Of a DNA stretch of 64,000 nucleotides, positions 11,082-24,760 are shown in pieces. The stretch's first letter is position 1; each line of letters opens with the position of its first letter. The notes under the pieces were generated by a model. That model was given only the letters and a program-made list of their open reading frames with translations. It did no database searches and was not told the origin of the DNA. The position numbers were made by a program, and so were the translations under genes. Source of the DNA: Octopus vulgaris (lineage: Eukaryota); assembly GCA_951406725.2 (NCBI GenBank), contig OX597823.1, positions 70,556,001 to 70,620,000 of the forward strand, read 5' to 3'.

Positions 11082-13935
11082 TCTTTCTATAAATGACATT
11101 TTATACAACCACAACGACGACGACGACGTCACATTTTCTACACGAGTGTTTATGTGTCTATGACTGTGTGTATATTTGTGCATTCGTTACGTACTTTAGG
11201 CTGATGACTGAGTATTATATGTGTGTGAATGTGACGATGTATGTATGTCGGAATATGCATACATTTTCGTGACAACTGACACACACAAACACACACACAC
11301 ACACACATAAAGAGAGAGAAACAAACACACTGAGGGACAGAGATACGCCTGAGGTGTGCGTGAATGTATGTATCTCTGTGTCTGTCTTAATATATGTGTG
11401 TGAGCGTATGTCAGACTGTATGTATGTGTGACTATATGTGTGATAATGTTTATACGTTAGGCCTCAGACAATTAAACACACACATCTACACATACATATG
11501 CATATGTGAATGAGAGTGTCTGTGTCCGTGAGTGTGTGTGGTTTTCCGAGTTCGTTACGTCTATAGAAAAGGACATTTTTAGCCGTTTTAATAAACCTAC
11601 ATCTAATGAAGTTGACATCCTTATGGTTGGTGATCTCCATGAAAATCGTGATAATCTCATTCATGCTCGAGATAACAACCTCAAACGTGTTTCAGAGACT
11701 CATCCCTCTCATGATGCTTTCCAGTATCCTCTTATTCTACGGAATGGACAAGATGGATATCATTTCAATATTCCACAAATAGAACCTGCAACAGGAGAGC
11801 TAATTACAAACAAAAATGTGTCGTCAAATGACTTCTAACTGATGTTAAGACCAGAACAATCAAATCATTTACACATGCATCGTGATCTATTTCAGCAATA
11901 CCTGGTTGATATGTATGTTAAAGTTGAGAATCAATGTCCCCTCTATATTCGTAACAATCAAAAAAAATTTAAGGGTTAAAAATTATGTCCAGTTTCAAGA
12001 TCCTCTGAGGACAGATGGTGATATTCAAAACATGGGGCGACTTATAATCCACACTTCGTCATCCTCGATATATGCACGAACACAAGATGCTATGACATAT
12101 GTCAGGGCATATGGAAAACCAGATCCTTTTCTCATTTTCCCCTGTAATCCTAAATGGGAGGAAATAAAATCAAGCCTTCTTCTAGTGTTGCATTTTCTGG
12201 TATTGCAGTCACCCTCCTCAATGGGGAAAGAACTGCTCATTCCATGTTCAAGCTCCTTCTAAACCTTGCAATCACAGAATCTCGAGTGTGCAACATTTCC
12301 CAAAATCTCTGCAATGGCAACAGTTCTTCAACAAACTTACCGCATTGTTTGGCATAAGTGTACTATGTCACATCGTGGAGCTCTAGAGATACTTGACCGT
12401 ATCCTCCAAGACATAAAAAAACAGTAGCACGCTCATGGGAGGAGTAACAGTTCTTCTTGCTGGAGATTTTCGTCAAACGTTGTCAGTTATCTCGAAAGAG
12501 TCAAAAGCTGATGAGGTCAATGCATGCTTACAAAAATCGTACCTTTTGAGACATGTGAAAAAACTTCATCTTACAAGCAACAGGAGAGTATTTCTACACG
12601 GTGATCATACGAGCTTCTTAAGATTGGTAATGGGATATTAACATTCAACTCAAGGCTTCAGCTACATGAAATTACATGCGATCAAATGATACTTTCTCTT
12701 AAGGATCTTATGGATAAAGTATTTCATAATTTATCTGTCAATTACACTGATGTAAACTGGCTATATGAAAGAGCTATACTGGCTCCAACTAATGAAATGG
12801 TTGATAAACTCCATTATGAACCTCTTCAAAAGTTAAGCAGATACATCAGAAATGACTTTTCGTCAATTGACAACAGTCGATCAAGATCAGGTTGTTCAAC
12901 ACCCTGTTGGATTTCGGAACACACTGAAACCCACTGGGATGCCACCGCATACCTTGACACTAAAACTGGATGCTCCCATTATGTTGCTTAGGAATCTTGA
13001 TCCATCTCACCTGTGTAGTGTAACTCGCTTTGGAGGCGCAATGGCCCAGTGGTTAGGGCAGCGGACTCGCGGTCATAGGATCGCGGTTTCGATTCCCAGA
13101 CCGGGTGTTGTGAGTGTTTATTGAGCGAAAACACCTAAAGCTCCACGAGGCTCCGGCAGGGGATGGTGGTGATCCCTGCTGTATTCTTTCACCACATCTT
13201 TCTCTCACTCTTACTTCCTGTTTCTGTTGTACCTGTATTTCAAAGGGCCGGCCTTGTCACTCTCTGTGTCACGCTGAATATCCCCGAGAACTACGTTAAG
13301 GGTACACGTGTCTGTGGAGTGCTCAGCCACTTACACGTTAATTTCACGAGCAGGCTGTTCCGTTGATTCGGATCAACCGGAACCCTCATCGTCGTAACCG
13401 ACGGAGTGCTTCCACAACTCGCTTAATTGTTACTTCAAAGAAGCCCCATATCCTACAGGCAACAATCAAAACAGGTAGTCACAAAGGAGATAATGTCTTT
13501 ATTCCAAAAATTCCTCTCATACCTACAGATGTTCCATCTGAATTTAAGACGCTTCAGTTTCCAGTCAAATTAAATTTTGGTATTTCAATTAATAAATCCC
13601 AGAGTCAACCCCTCAAGATAGTTGGACTTGATCTCTCTACTACACGACGCTTCTCCCACGGCCGATTCTATGTTGGTTGCTTGCGACTTGGAAGCAGCAA
13701 CAATTTATTCATTACGACAAAAAAATTACCAACAAAAAATTACACAATGAATACTGTTTACCCTGAGGTGCTTCACATTGACAGATTTTCAGTTCGAAAG
13801 TCTATTATCATTACAATTTGGATATTTAAAAAAATAAGATATAGATGTAATTATAAAAATATATCTTTATATTTATTGTTTACTAATCTGAATAAAAACA
13901 ACACTAACCCGGGCAACGCCGGGTAATTCAAATAG
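11082..13935 (+). mobile_element. Helitron, internally deleted and decayed Rep/PIF1-helicase
   Basis: Rep-region motifs HPSHDAFQYPL..GQDGY and QDAMTYVRAYGKPDPFLIFPCNPKWEEI. Helicase motifs SGIAVTLL..RTAHSMFKL, GGVTVLLAGDFRQ, ERAILAPTN, GMPPH..IMLLRNL, QFPVKL...INKSQ. 3' hairpin acccgg-gcaacg-ccgggt then ATAG|T at 13935. The 5' end (A|TC near 11082) is tentative. Confidence 0.9.
13031..13415 (+). mobile_element. tRNA-Arg-like SINE (tail variant B) inserted in the Helitron helicase
   Basis: 9-bp TSD aactcgctt (13022-13030, 13416-13424). Removing it restores HLCSVTRLIV (cf. Helitron LCNGTRLIV). Confidence 0.92.
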
Positions 13936-13964
13936 TTATTTATGATATTATTCTACAAGTAAAG

Positions 13965-14170
13965 ACAGAGATCTAGTAGAATCGTCAGTATGCTGAGCAA
14001 AATGCTTGGCGGCATTTCGTCTGCCTTTACATTCTGAGTTCAAATTCCGCAGGGGTTGACTTTGCCTTTCATCTCTTCGGGTTGGATAAAATAAGTACCA
14101 GTTGAACAATGGGGGTCGATGTAATCGACCTACTTCCTCACCTGGATTTGCTGGCCTTCTGCCAAAATGT
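13965..14170 (+). mobile_element. SINE family C (Deu/Nin-domain-like core)
   Basis: gagttcaaattccgc..gactttgcctttcatc..gataaaataagtaccag, repeated at ~40287, 46480, 54100, 56300, 57010, 57560 and 59650. Confidence 0.75.
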
Positions 14171-14178
14171 GCATGGAG

Positions 14179-14222
<44 letters not shown>

Positions 14223-14727
14223 AGACACAGACAGACACAGACACACACAGACATACACACACACACAGACACACACACAGACACATACACACACACACAC
14301 ACACACACGCACACACACATCGGAAGAAGAAGAGACTAAGAGTAAAAGAGGTGAAGGTTTGTCATATTTTGCATTTGTGTTTTAAATTGCAGACATAGTC
14401 GGGATGTTCAACATAATAAAGAAATATGAATGTCTATAAATTTTTGCATTAAAAGATACATCGATAGAAAATTAAAATGAAATAATCTTAGCAAATTGCT
14501 GTGAATGTTATACGTTCATGTCTTATGAGATCCAAACCAAAGGCCTAGGGCATGCCGGGGTACCGTCATTATTCATTTTTGTTTTGTTATTTGGTTTAAA
14601 TGCATATCGGTATTATGAGAGTAGAGAGATATAGAAGGAAATTTACATAGATAGATCGATAAATAAATAAATAGGCAGACAGATAGATAGACAGATAAAC
14701 GAACAGACAGACATACAGATAGATATA

Positions 14728-14779
<52 letters not shown>

Positions 14780-14899
14780 GAGTATGCAGATAAAGAGATA
14801 TATTTATAGATATACAAATAAATATGCAGCTGAACTGAAAGGAACTGAAGTTAAATGAAAATACTCTCAATTGATAAATAACTTGGCCTTGTTCTATTA

Positions 14900-16020
14900 T
14901 GATGTCTATCCTAAGCAATACTAGTACGAAAAAAATACACCAAGTATTGCTAATATAAGTAATTATTATAACAATTTTGTGGATAAACCCCTTAGAAAAT
15001 GGATCATCTTCACAAAACTAAGCCAACTTTCAATAATATCAATGACCCCAACAGAAGAACAAATAAATCGAGGGATATACTATGTTACAATGCATTAAGA
15101 AGGCAAATAGCTACTAATACTCTGGCGAAAGTTTTCATCTCTATAGATTGACATTTTTCAAAATCGAATAAATACCATAGAATCATTAACTGGCATGCTA
15201 TTAGAGTAGCATTCTCCATTTGCAGATTATAGCGAAGCATATCACTATGAGAATGTCTGAATTCCATAGAAAAACGAAAACGAAGTAAAATAGGTAATAA
15301 AAATAATAATAAGAATATTCATAATGATAACAATCACGCACATCGAACTGAAAAGGTAGATAATCAATCCAGGGAAATTTTGAATAGAAGACTTACAGGC
15401 ATTGACAGAGAAACGTATACCCAAATAGAGGAGAGCAATAGAAGGGAGACAACCGGTACAATTTCTAGCGTAGCTGACCCAGAAATAGTTAACCGTAGAC
15501 AAAATAAAGCAGAAACACACGTCTATAGACGAAATATAAACACTAGTTGATCTGTAGGTAGAAAAACAGAGGAGGTATCTAATTCTGGTCCTATTAACAC
15601 AAGCAGGGTTGCTATCGATAAAAATCTTTGTAGCTGGACAAGAAAAAATATATCCCAAAACGCTCAATGTCTAGAAATAAATATAGTATACAGGTGTAGG
15701 GTTACATCAGGTGGATTTCGCCCAACTATATTGGGCATGTTAGACGAATTTCAAGGCGAGACTGGCAAGTTATTTAGCCTTCTTTAAAGATAGCAGGAAA
15801 ATGCATAGCACGAGCTTTAGAGCGTTTATCCGGTCCTTTAATGATAACACTAACTTTAATATAGAATGAGAAATGATGGGTGAAGCACAACTTTATGTAA
15901 TCGGGGAAAAAGATGCAATTTGTGTACAGAAGAAATATTCCATATTTTCACGTCTAAACACCAGTTGCTAAATAAGAAGCAAAAACAACCCCAAAGGTGT
16001 CCGCACATTTACAGAAAAGT
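14900..16020 (+). mobile_element. Decayed Penelope-like element (GIY-YIG endonuclease region)
   Basis: ILWINP, NIVYRCRV, YIG, FKARL, CNLCTEE, LLNK..RCPH in the order typical of PLE linker and endonuclease; frameshifted. Confidence 0.6.
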
Positions 16021-16164
16021 ATTCAAATATCTCCATTGAAAGGATTTCCAATTAATAGGAGATGCTTGATTTTACACTGCAAATGTAGTATCTAAATTGC
16101 CTATATCAAGTAGTAAAACTCCATATATGAAAATACTTACTACACATCTAGAATGACGAAACCA

Positions 16165-16217
<53 letters not shown>

Positions 16218-16680
16218 TCTTTTTCTTTGTCTCTGTTACATCCCTGTAAGTTAACAGTTCGGCAAATATATATATATATATATTACGTGGACGATTATAT
16301 TTCAATGAAGGTTATTAAAACCATTTATTTAAGTGCTTCAATTCTGTGCGTGTACATATATTTACTCGATTGCTGGCCTTCAACAATGGCTTCTTTCATT
16401 GTTTTGATGCACCAGTTTCTATTATTAATAGAGCTGACAGTATTTTTGACTGCACGGGTTGCACGGGTTTGCTAGTAATATATAATTTAAAGTCTTAATT
16501 CTGCTTAATTCGGTGATAATGTTTAAGGTGCTAGCAAAGTGTTCGGTAATGACCCTTGAGCATACTTCTAAAATTGCAGTAAGATCCACTCTCAACAACC
16601 TCCAACTCATACAGCATACATATCCCTATCAAACATAGATAGAGTTATTTTTTCATTGTATTAGTCACAAGTGCTGATGC

Positions 16681-16932
16681 TAGACGAATTTCAAGGCGAG
16701 ACTGGCAAGTTATTTAGCCTTCTTTAGAGATAGCAGGAAAATGCATAGCACGAGCTTAAGAGCGTTTATCCGGTCCTTTAAGGATAACACTAACTTTAAT
16801 ATAGAATGAGAAATGATGGGTGAAGCACAACCTTATGTAATCGGGGAAAAAGATGCAATTTGTGTACAGAAGAAATATTCCATATTTTCACGTCTAAACA
16901 CCAGTTGCTAAATAGGAAGCAAAAACAACCCC
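16681..16932 (+). repeat. 252-bp direct duplicate of 15741-15992
   Basis: Line-by-line comparison shows 5 mismatches and no indels. Confidence 0.95.
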
Positions 16933-17620
16933 TAGCCTGGCCATTAATTAGCATTATCAAGAACTAATAATCATCGCATGGCCTCGGAGACCGGTGAAAC
17001 TGATACGGTTCTTATTTACTTTGACCACTTGCAAGTTGATGGCTGCAGAAAAACTAAAGTAATTCTTGGGAATTAAAATTCTTTGGGGGAAGAACTGAAC
17101 AAACGGTTAAAGCTACTCCTCGGGCTATCAAAACGGAATTTTAAACTTCCATGCAAATTATGCAAAAAGTATATACCAAAAAGACTCAATGATTGCTTCA
17201 ATTCTCTTTGCTGCAGCTAGGCCACTAACATTATAAACAGAGGCATCCGGATTTTGAAGCATTTTCACATTACGTTGAAGTTTTCTCTTTTTCATCTTAA
17301 GTGATGGCCTAGTCCATTTTTGGCTCTGGAATGGTGTTGTCTTTTTCCTCGCCCACTCACATACATGCGTGCGCAAAATTTCACGTTCAATATTAAAAAA
17401 TGCCCCTTGCCTATCAGAAACGATAATTTTCTGATTTTTCAACTCACATATATACATATATACTAACACACATACAAACAAACTCTTACATGCACGCGCA
17501 CGCACATATGTATGTATATATACATATATAAGTACACACACACACACACACAGACACACACACACATCTTCTATGTACCTGTGTATCTGTGTATATGTGC
17601 GCATGCACGTCTTGTTGGTT

Positions 17621-17660
<40 letters not shown>

Positions 17661-18949
17661 TATACATATAGAGGTTGTTCTTTTCAAACTTTATGAATAA
17701 GTAAGATTTAAATGTTTTTGTATGATTCAAGTCCAGATTTCGGCACTAGGTACAACATTGATCCAATAGATTTTGCTTCATTTGGTAAATACTATTTACC
17801 GCACTTCCTTGACTACCTACTTTTTAACAGGCCAAGTGGTTACTACCAAGTAATGATCGTGTTAAAGTTAATAACCACCTGTTTATATTTACCTAAGATT
17901 TCTCAATGAAGGTTTCAAGCATTACGTCTTTTATATTTATCTAAATAATCCAACTCAACGTTGGTTTTCATTAGTGTTTTAGCTTCATAGCAACCTTGCT
18001 TCTGACAACGTATGCTTGTATTACGCAGATATATCATACGGTATTCTTCTCTTTAAACTGAAGTCGTGACCTATAAGCTGTGTATGGTGCACATTGGTTG
18101 GGATCTTGAGAGCCAAGGAAGATCCCATGAATATCTGACAGCTTCTCACAGTCAAAGAAAACATGACTTACACTCACTTCCATCAGAATATTTTGCAAAG
18201 CTTAATAGCTTTTGTGGAATAATAATAGTTTAGTATGTAACTGTACAAACAAACGTCCGTTAATCTACTCGAAATGACCATCAAAAATCTGCAAAATATA
18301 GAAAGAAAGCTAATATATTTGCAAAATCTTGAGCACAAGATACAGAAGTGAAAATTTCGAAATTAATTTAGGGTACAAACAGCACCTTACCATAGTGTTC
18401 AATCTGTAGATCAAGAAATCTATCTAATAACAAATTGCAGTAAAGAAGTGTGTTTGAAAACGTTAATTTGCATCGAGCAAAAAGCGTTAATTTAATAAAC
18501 AATATTATTGCCTTGATTTTGAATAAGAAGTTAGTTGACCTTAAAATGTCAAAATACTCCTTGTTAATTGGTGGATCAATTGATATAAGCGCCAGAAACC
18601 TAATGTGGTTATATGAGAGATATTTTTCCTATAGATATCAAAGAGTCCAATCTTTTTCTTTTATTCAACTGAGTGAGGCAGAAGAGAAGAATAAAAGGAA
18701 AAAAAAAAACAAGAAACAGAAGCTAAAAAAATAAAAATAAAAAATCAATTTTTTTTGCACTTGAACAACACATTTTTTCATCGGTACTAACTGCAACAAA
18801 AATGAATATAAACCAACCCACCGATGTATCAGATTGAACGTCCTTCAAGAACCAGATGTGTTCTTAAGAAGCAGAAAATACAAAACTTTTGAATTCTAAA
18901 AAAATGCAGGAAAACAGCTCAGCCTATATGAGATGCGATTCTGTACCAC

Positions 18950-20050
18950 AATCTAGGTTCCCTGGAGTCTGTAAAAATATAAAAAAAAGAATTTTCTCAG
19001 ATACCCTGTAGGCAGAAATATATACATTCAGTCTGAAGTATCTTTAAAATCAGGGCCATAGAAATCTTCTTAGAAAATAATGGAATCATTGATATAGAGC
19101 ATCAAGATAAATTGCATAGAGAATGGAGAGATCTTCTCCACAGAGTTCTTGATTATATGAAAATTTAGCAAAACCTTGCACTGCGTTGGTGACAGAATTC
19201 TATTCACAGTATCAGGAAAACAATTAGTTGAATTATATAGCAGGAAACCGGGGTTACTAGAATCATTGGCAAGGTTTGATTTCAGAGAAGTGCTTCTCAA
19301 TAGAGTAGGAAGAATACCATAATTTCTCCGTTAGAATTAAATGAATATACTCAGCTGATCGCTTCTGAAGTTCCCCACAAACAATTACTTAGCATTCGTT
19401 CATATGGCCAAATATTCTGGCCTCCTGTTTAACTCTACTCAAGATCAAACGTATCGATAGTATGTGGCAAGTTCGTTAAATTCATATTGATTTTAAGGAG
19501 GCAACCTTTTTGAACAAGTGTCTTTCCCAGAGTTTATCTGACTAAAACGCAAGGATACCGAAAATATGATAGAAGTGATTCAACAAGGGAATAATGAAAA
19601 AGACAGCTGTTAATTTTGTAAACTGCCATAATCATTTTCTCAATTTGGTTGGAATCCGTGGTACTAACTATGATATGTTGATGGCAATTTTTTCGGTGTC
19701 ATTCAATCGCTCAGTACACTGTTAGATGAAATATATCAATAGTTATCAAATCTGAAACTGAAGCTCGATAGAGATCCTGGATAGAGATTGTGAAAGCAGT
19801 TTATGAAAACTTTGATATCATTGTAAAACATCTGTAAAGCATGGCTATTATTAAGACTAAAAGGTGATGAATTAAATTTAAACTTTTAATTTCTTGATTT
19901 GTTTGGATTTTGGAATAAAAAATTTATCGAATGGCCCGTATTCAAAAGTGTTCGAAGATAATAGCAAACATTCATAGATCTTTCAAGTTTATTGCAAACA
20001 GTTTAGGATCGTTGACCAGAGATGACTTAAAACAGCTCAAACTACGAATA
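18950..20050 (+). mobile_element. Highly decayed hAT (ZMYM1-like) transposase remnant
   Basis: Fragments LLESLARFD, KYSGLLFNSTQD (cf. YSIxxDxTxD), NHFLNLVG (cf. CxxHxLNL), FFGVIQ. Confidence 0.5.
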
Positions 20051-20779
20051 TTATATCATTGTCATAATTACCCACTTATAATTAGCAATATAGTTTTGTT
20101 TGTTGTCACACTAAGGAAATAATGTCGATGTAGAATGCTATCAAACAATAGAGAGTGAGTAAATGGCAGTAAGAAAAAAAGAAAAAGAATTACAGAAACT
20201 TTCTAGGTGGGTGAAATGTCGCAAGACCCGAAACATTTATTAAGATGTTTAAAAGAAATTTAATGTAGCTTATCAGGTTGCGAACGAGGATCATGTAGGA
20301 TGAATCTTATCACGGTAGAAATGACGTCTAGACAGTTAGTTAACCAACCCTGTGAACAATCTCATGTTTATCAAACTTCATGGTCCTCCAATTTTAATCT
20401 TCAAATCAGACGACTATCTAAACAAATGGCTTAAGTGTCATAGTTCAGCAACTGAAACACCTACAAGGATAATAAATCAAAGGGATTTCATTGTGTTAAA
20501 ATTTTTTTTCAAGTGCAAAGTTTAAGGGAAGTCTGAATAAATTAATTTTCAAATTGTATTTAATGAAATGGATTGCATAGAGAGTGGGCAATCAAGATTA
20601 ATTATACATCACCGTTTTGAAATAGAATTGGTATCAAAACTAAAGAGAGTAAACATCGCTCATGTAAATACTATAGGAATGCAGGACCATCACCTTGTCT
20701 GTCACGAAATTAGTCCAAAACTAGGAAACTAATTGTTACCAAAATTGGAAAATTGGAAGAGTCAGGAATTGATATTGTC

Positions 20780-21390
20780 CCCAGTAATGATACCCACGTA
20801 AAACCACTCGAGAACTGACAAAAGAACTTCAAGTTAGACAGAAAACTAACTGCAACCATTTGCATGCGATCGGAAAATCAAAAAAGCTCGACAAATGGGT
20901 ACCACACGATTTGAATGAAAATCAGAAAATGTGCAGATATGAAATTTGCTAGTCGCTTCTTCTCTGAAATCAGACCGATCCATTTCTCGACCGTATTGTA
21001 ACCTGCGATGAAAAGTGGATCCTGTACAATAATAAAAAAGCCATTCTTCGCAGTGGTTGGACCAAAGTGAAGTACCGAATACCTTCCCTAAGCCCGAGCT
21101 CTTCAAAAAGAAGGTTATGGTGACTGTTTGGTGACACATCCACTATAATTTCTTAAAACCTGGAAAAAAAACCCATTACTGCAGAAACATATTGCCATTA
21201 AATTGCCAAAGTGAACGAAAAACTGCTACTCCTCCATCCCAGGCTGGTCAACAGAAGAGGGCCAATCATTCTTCATGACAATACTCGATCACGCGTTTCA
21301 CTAATGAAGCGCCAGAAGTTGGCTACGAAGTCCTTCCCCACCGAACGTATTCCCCAGACCTTTCTCCCATCGACTACCACTTTTTCATCT
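20780..21390 (+). mobile_element. Mariner (DD34D-type) transposase remnant
   Basis: FLDRIVTCDEKWILYNN, KKVMVTVW, IILHDN, PDLSPIDYHF. Confidence 0.85.
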
Positions 21391-21484
21391 AGAGTAGAAT
21401 CGCATCAAAAAGGTGAAGTTAAGCTTACTTGGAAATGGATGTGTGGCGTTCAATTAAATAATAATAATAACCAATATATATATA

Positions 21485-21650
21485 TACGACGGGCTTCTTT
21501 CAGTTTCCGTCCACCAAATCCACTCACAAGGCTTTGGTCGAGCCGAGGTTATAGTAGAAGACATTTACTCAAGGTGCCATGCAGTGGGACTGAACTCGGA
21601 ACCATGTGGTTGGTAAGCAAGCTACTTACCACACAACCACTCCAGCTCCT
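21485..21650 (-). mobile_element. SINE family B, 5' part
   Basis: Reverse complement of the 23372-23527 head region. Confidence 0.8.
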
Positions 21651-21865
21651 ATATACATGGCAACTCCTAAATACAGCATTTTATTAAATGGCTTGATGCT
21701 TTGCGATTGTCTGATCATATTCTGTTCTATTACAACTACTTAATTTTCAATGTCTGCTCTGCATCCTCCTTTAAGGACACGGCACATTATGCCTTATTTC
21801 GTAACATTTTGGGAAGTTTATCTCATGCAAGGAAAATGAGAAGCATCTGCCGTGGTTTCATTTGT

Positions 21866-21909
<44 letters not shown>

Positions 21910-22027
21910 ATGTATAAAGAAATACACGCATACATAAACACACACATATACATACACATACAGATATCTGTATTATTCTCCCTTTAAATCTCTCTCTCTC
22001 TTTGAACATCTATCTATCTATCTATCA

Positions 22028-22059
<32 letters not shown>

Positions 22060-22428
22060 GTATGTCTATAGGCAAATATTGTATTATATCATATTACATA
22101 TAGATTTAGTGTAGCATATATGTAGTAGTACTCAGTACATGAATATAAATATCTTTTTACAGTATTGAGTCTTTACAGAGTCATGAAAGTTATTCAATGG
22201 ATGAGTGTTTTGTTCATTTCTGTGTCTATGCGTATGTATATATTTTACAAGATGTACTTGTGCGTGTATACACATTTATATACAGACATATGCAACAATA
22301 CACATATATACATATATGTTCAATTATATATATGTATGTATGTATGTATATATATATGTATACATATATGCATGTATATATGTATATATATATATATGTA
22401 CATATATATATGTGTGTGTGTCTCTCTC

Positions 22429-22493
<65 letters not shown>

Positions 22494-22529
22494 ACACATA
22501 AGCATGTATACATACATACATACATATGT

Positions 22530-22582
<53 letters not shown>

Positions 22583-22583
<1 letters not shown>

Positions 22584-22728
22584 TAGAAGAAATGAGGTAC
22601 TCAGAAATTCGGATGGTTTTATATTTACAGATATTTAATTGTATATTACATGTTTTTATACATCATATAACTTAGATATGTAAAAAACATATAATATGCA
22701 AATAAATATCTGAGTACCTCATTTCTCC
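22583..22728. repeat. Imperfect palindromic element flanked by (TA)n
   Basis: gaaatgaggtactcaga ... tctgagtacctcatttc. Left arm is the reverse complement of ~63928-63983. Confidence 0.8.
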
Positions 22729-22813
<85 letters not shown>

Positions 22814-23254
22814 CATTTATAAATATGCATACCCACTCACGCGCGTACACACACACGTAACACACACATACGTATACATACCCACAAACAGATACATACA
22901 TACATATATACATACGTATATATATACACACGTTGCAGGTGTGTTGGGACTAAGTGTGTGTAAGTTTGAACGTATTGAACACGACTGGTACATTTCATTA
23001 TGCGATGAAATCAAAGAATTTAACTGCAAAGGGAGCGATTCATAAAAAAATTCAAAATTGAAGATTTTGAGAAATTAAAAGAAAATAATTTGTTACATAC
23101 ATATGGTTTTAAATCATAACGGTGAAACATGTCTTCTCTCTGCCTGTCGAATACGTGGATGCTTTCAAGTAGTACAACAAATATGACAAGCATATGCGCA
23201 TGTGCTCATGCAAACATATATACATACACACATATATATGTGTGTGTATATACA

Positions 23255-23348
<94 letters not shown>

Positions 23349-23371
23349 CACATATATATATATATATAGGA

Positions 23372-23887
23372 ATATCTGTGTGGTAAGTAGGTTGCTTACG
23401 AACTACATGGTTCCGGGTTCAGTCCCACTGCATGGCACCTTGGGCAAGTGGATTCTACTATAGCCTCGGGCCAACCAAATCCTTGTGAGTGGATTTGGTA
23501 GACGGAAACTGAACGAAGCCTGTCGTATATATATAAATATATATATAAAGGGTAAAGACCCCCTTCGGTCATGAATGACCATGGGATTGCACCTAGAAAG
23601 TTACCCTCCTAGACACAAGTCCGGGCAAGGTTGTTTATGGAAGACCAGCAGTCGCCCATGCTTACCAGCCTCCCCTCTCCATGCTACCAGTGTTATCCAA
23701 GGGAAAGACAAAGGTCGATACAGCTTGGCACCAGTGACGTCGCAACTCATTTCTACAGCTGAGTGAACTGGAGCAACGTGAAATAAAGCGCCTTGCTCAA
23801 GAACACAACACCCAGCCCGGTCCGGGATTCGAGCTCACAACCTCATGATCGTAAGCTCGACGCTCTAACCACTGAGCCATGCGCCTT

Positions 23888-23976
<89 letters not shown>

Positions 23977-24221
23977 ATATATATATAAGTGTGTGTGTGT
24001 GTGTGTATGTTTACGTGTCTGCGTTTGTCCCACCCCCAACATCGCTTGACAACCGATGATGGTGTGTTTAGTCCCCGTAACTTAGAGGTTCGGCAAAAGA
24101 GACCGGCAGAATAAGTACTAGGCTTACAAAGAATAAGTTCTGGGGTTGATGTGCTCGACTAAAGGCGGTGCTCCAGCATGGCCACAGTCAAATGACTGAA
24201 ACAAGTAAAATAGTAAAAGAG
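23372..24221 (+). mobile_element. SINE family B, full length, with nested SINE
   Basis: tRNA-like head (tgtggtaag...ggttcagtccc), internal (TA)/(TG) tract, tail ggcggtgctccagcatggccacagtc...aagtaaaagag. Confidence 0.85.
23550..23890 (-). mobile_element. tRNA-derived SINE family D nested in the family B (TA) tract
   Basis: Minus-strand head tggctcagtggttagagcg...gagctcgaatccc, core cttgagcaagg...ctccagttcactcagctg. Relatives at 57197-57445 and 59345-59575. Confidence 0.8.
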
Positions 24222-24283
24222 AATATATATATATATACATGTGTGTGTATGTATACATATATATATATGTATATATATATATG

Positions 24284-24369
<86 letters not shown>

Positions 24370-24622
24370 CAAAGGACATACTAAGTATGTCTACCTGCTT
24401 TAAATAACAGTCAAAACTCTTATTAAGTCGCCAAAAATACACTGATGAAAACTACAGAAATCAAACGAAGGCAAAACCAGGTTAAGATAATCTACTAACA
24501 TACATTTAAGTAATTGGACTCACGTGGACCGGTTTCTGCATTGCTAAAATAAATAGTTACATTGGATAATAATAGAATTAATAACACCTTCGTAAATTAA
24601 TTTTTGGTATATATATATATAT

Positions 24623-24760
<138 letters not shown>

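Noticed and set aside
13031-13110. tRNA-Arg gene-like sequence (also at 994, 34068, 40823, 23890)
   Set aside because: These are SINE heads: multi-copy, attached to constant bodies, with TSDs, and without a clean cloverleaf.
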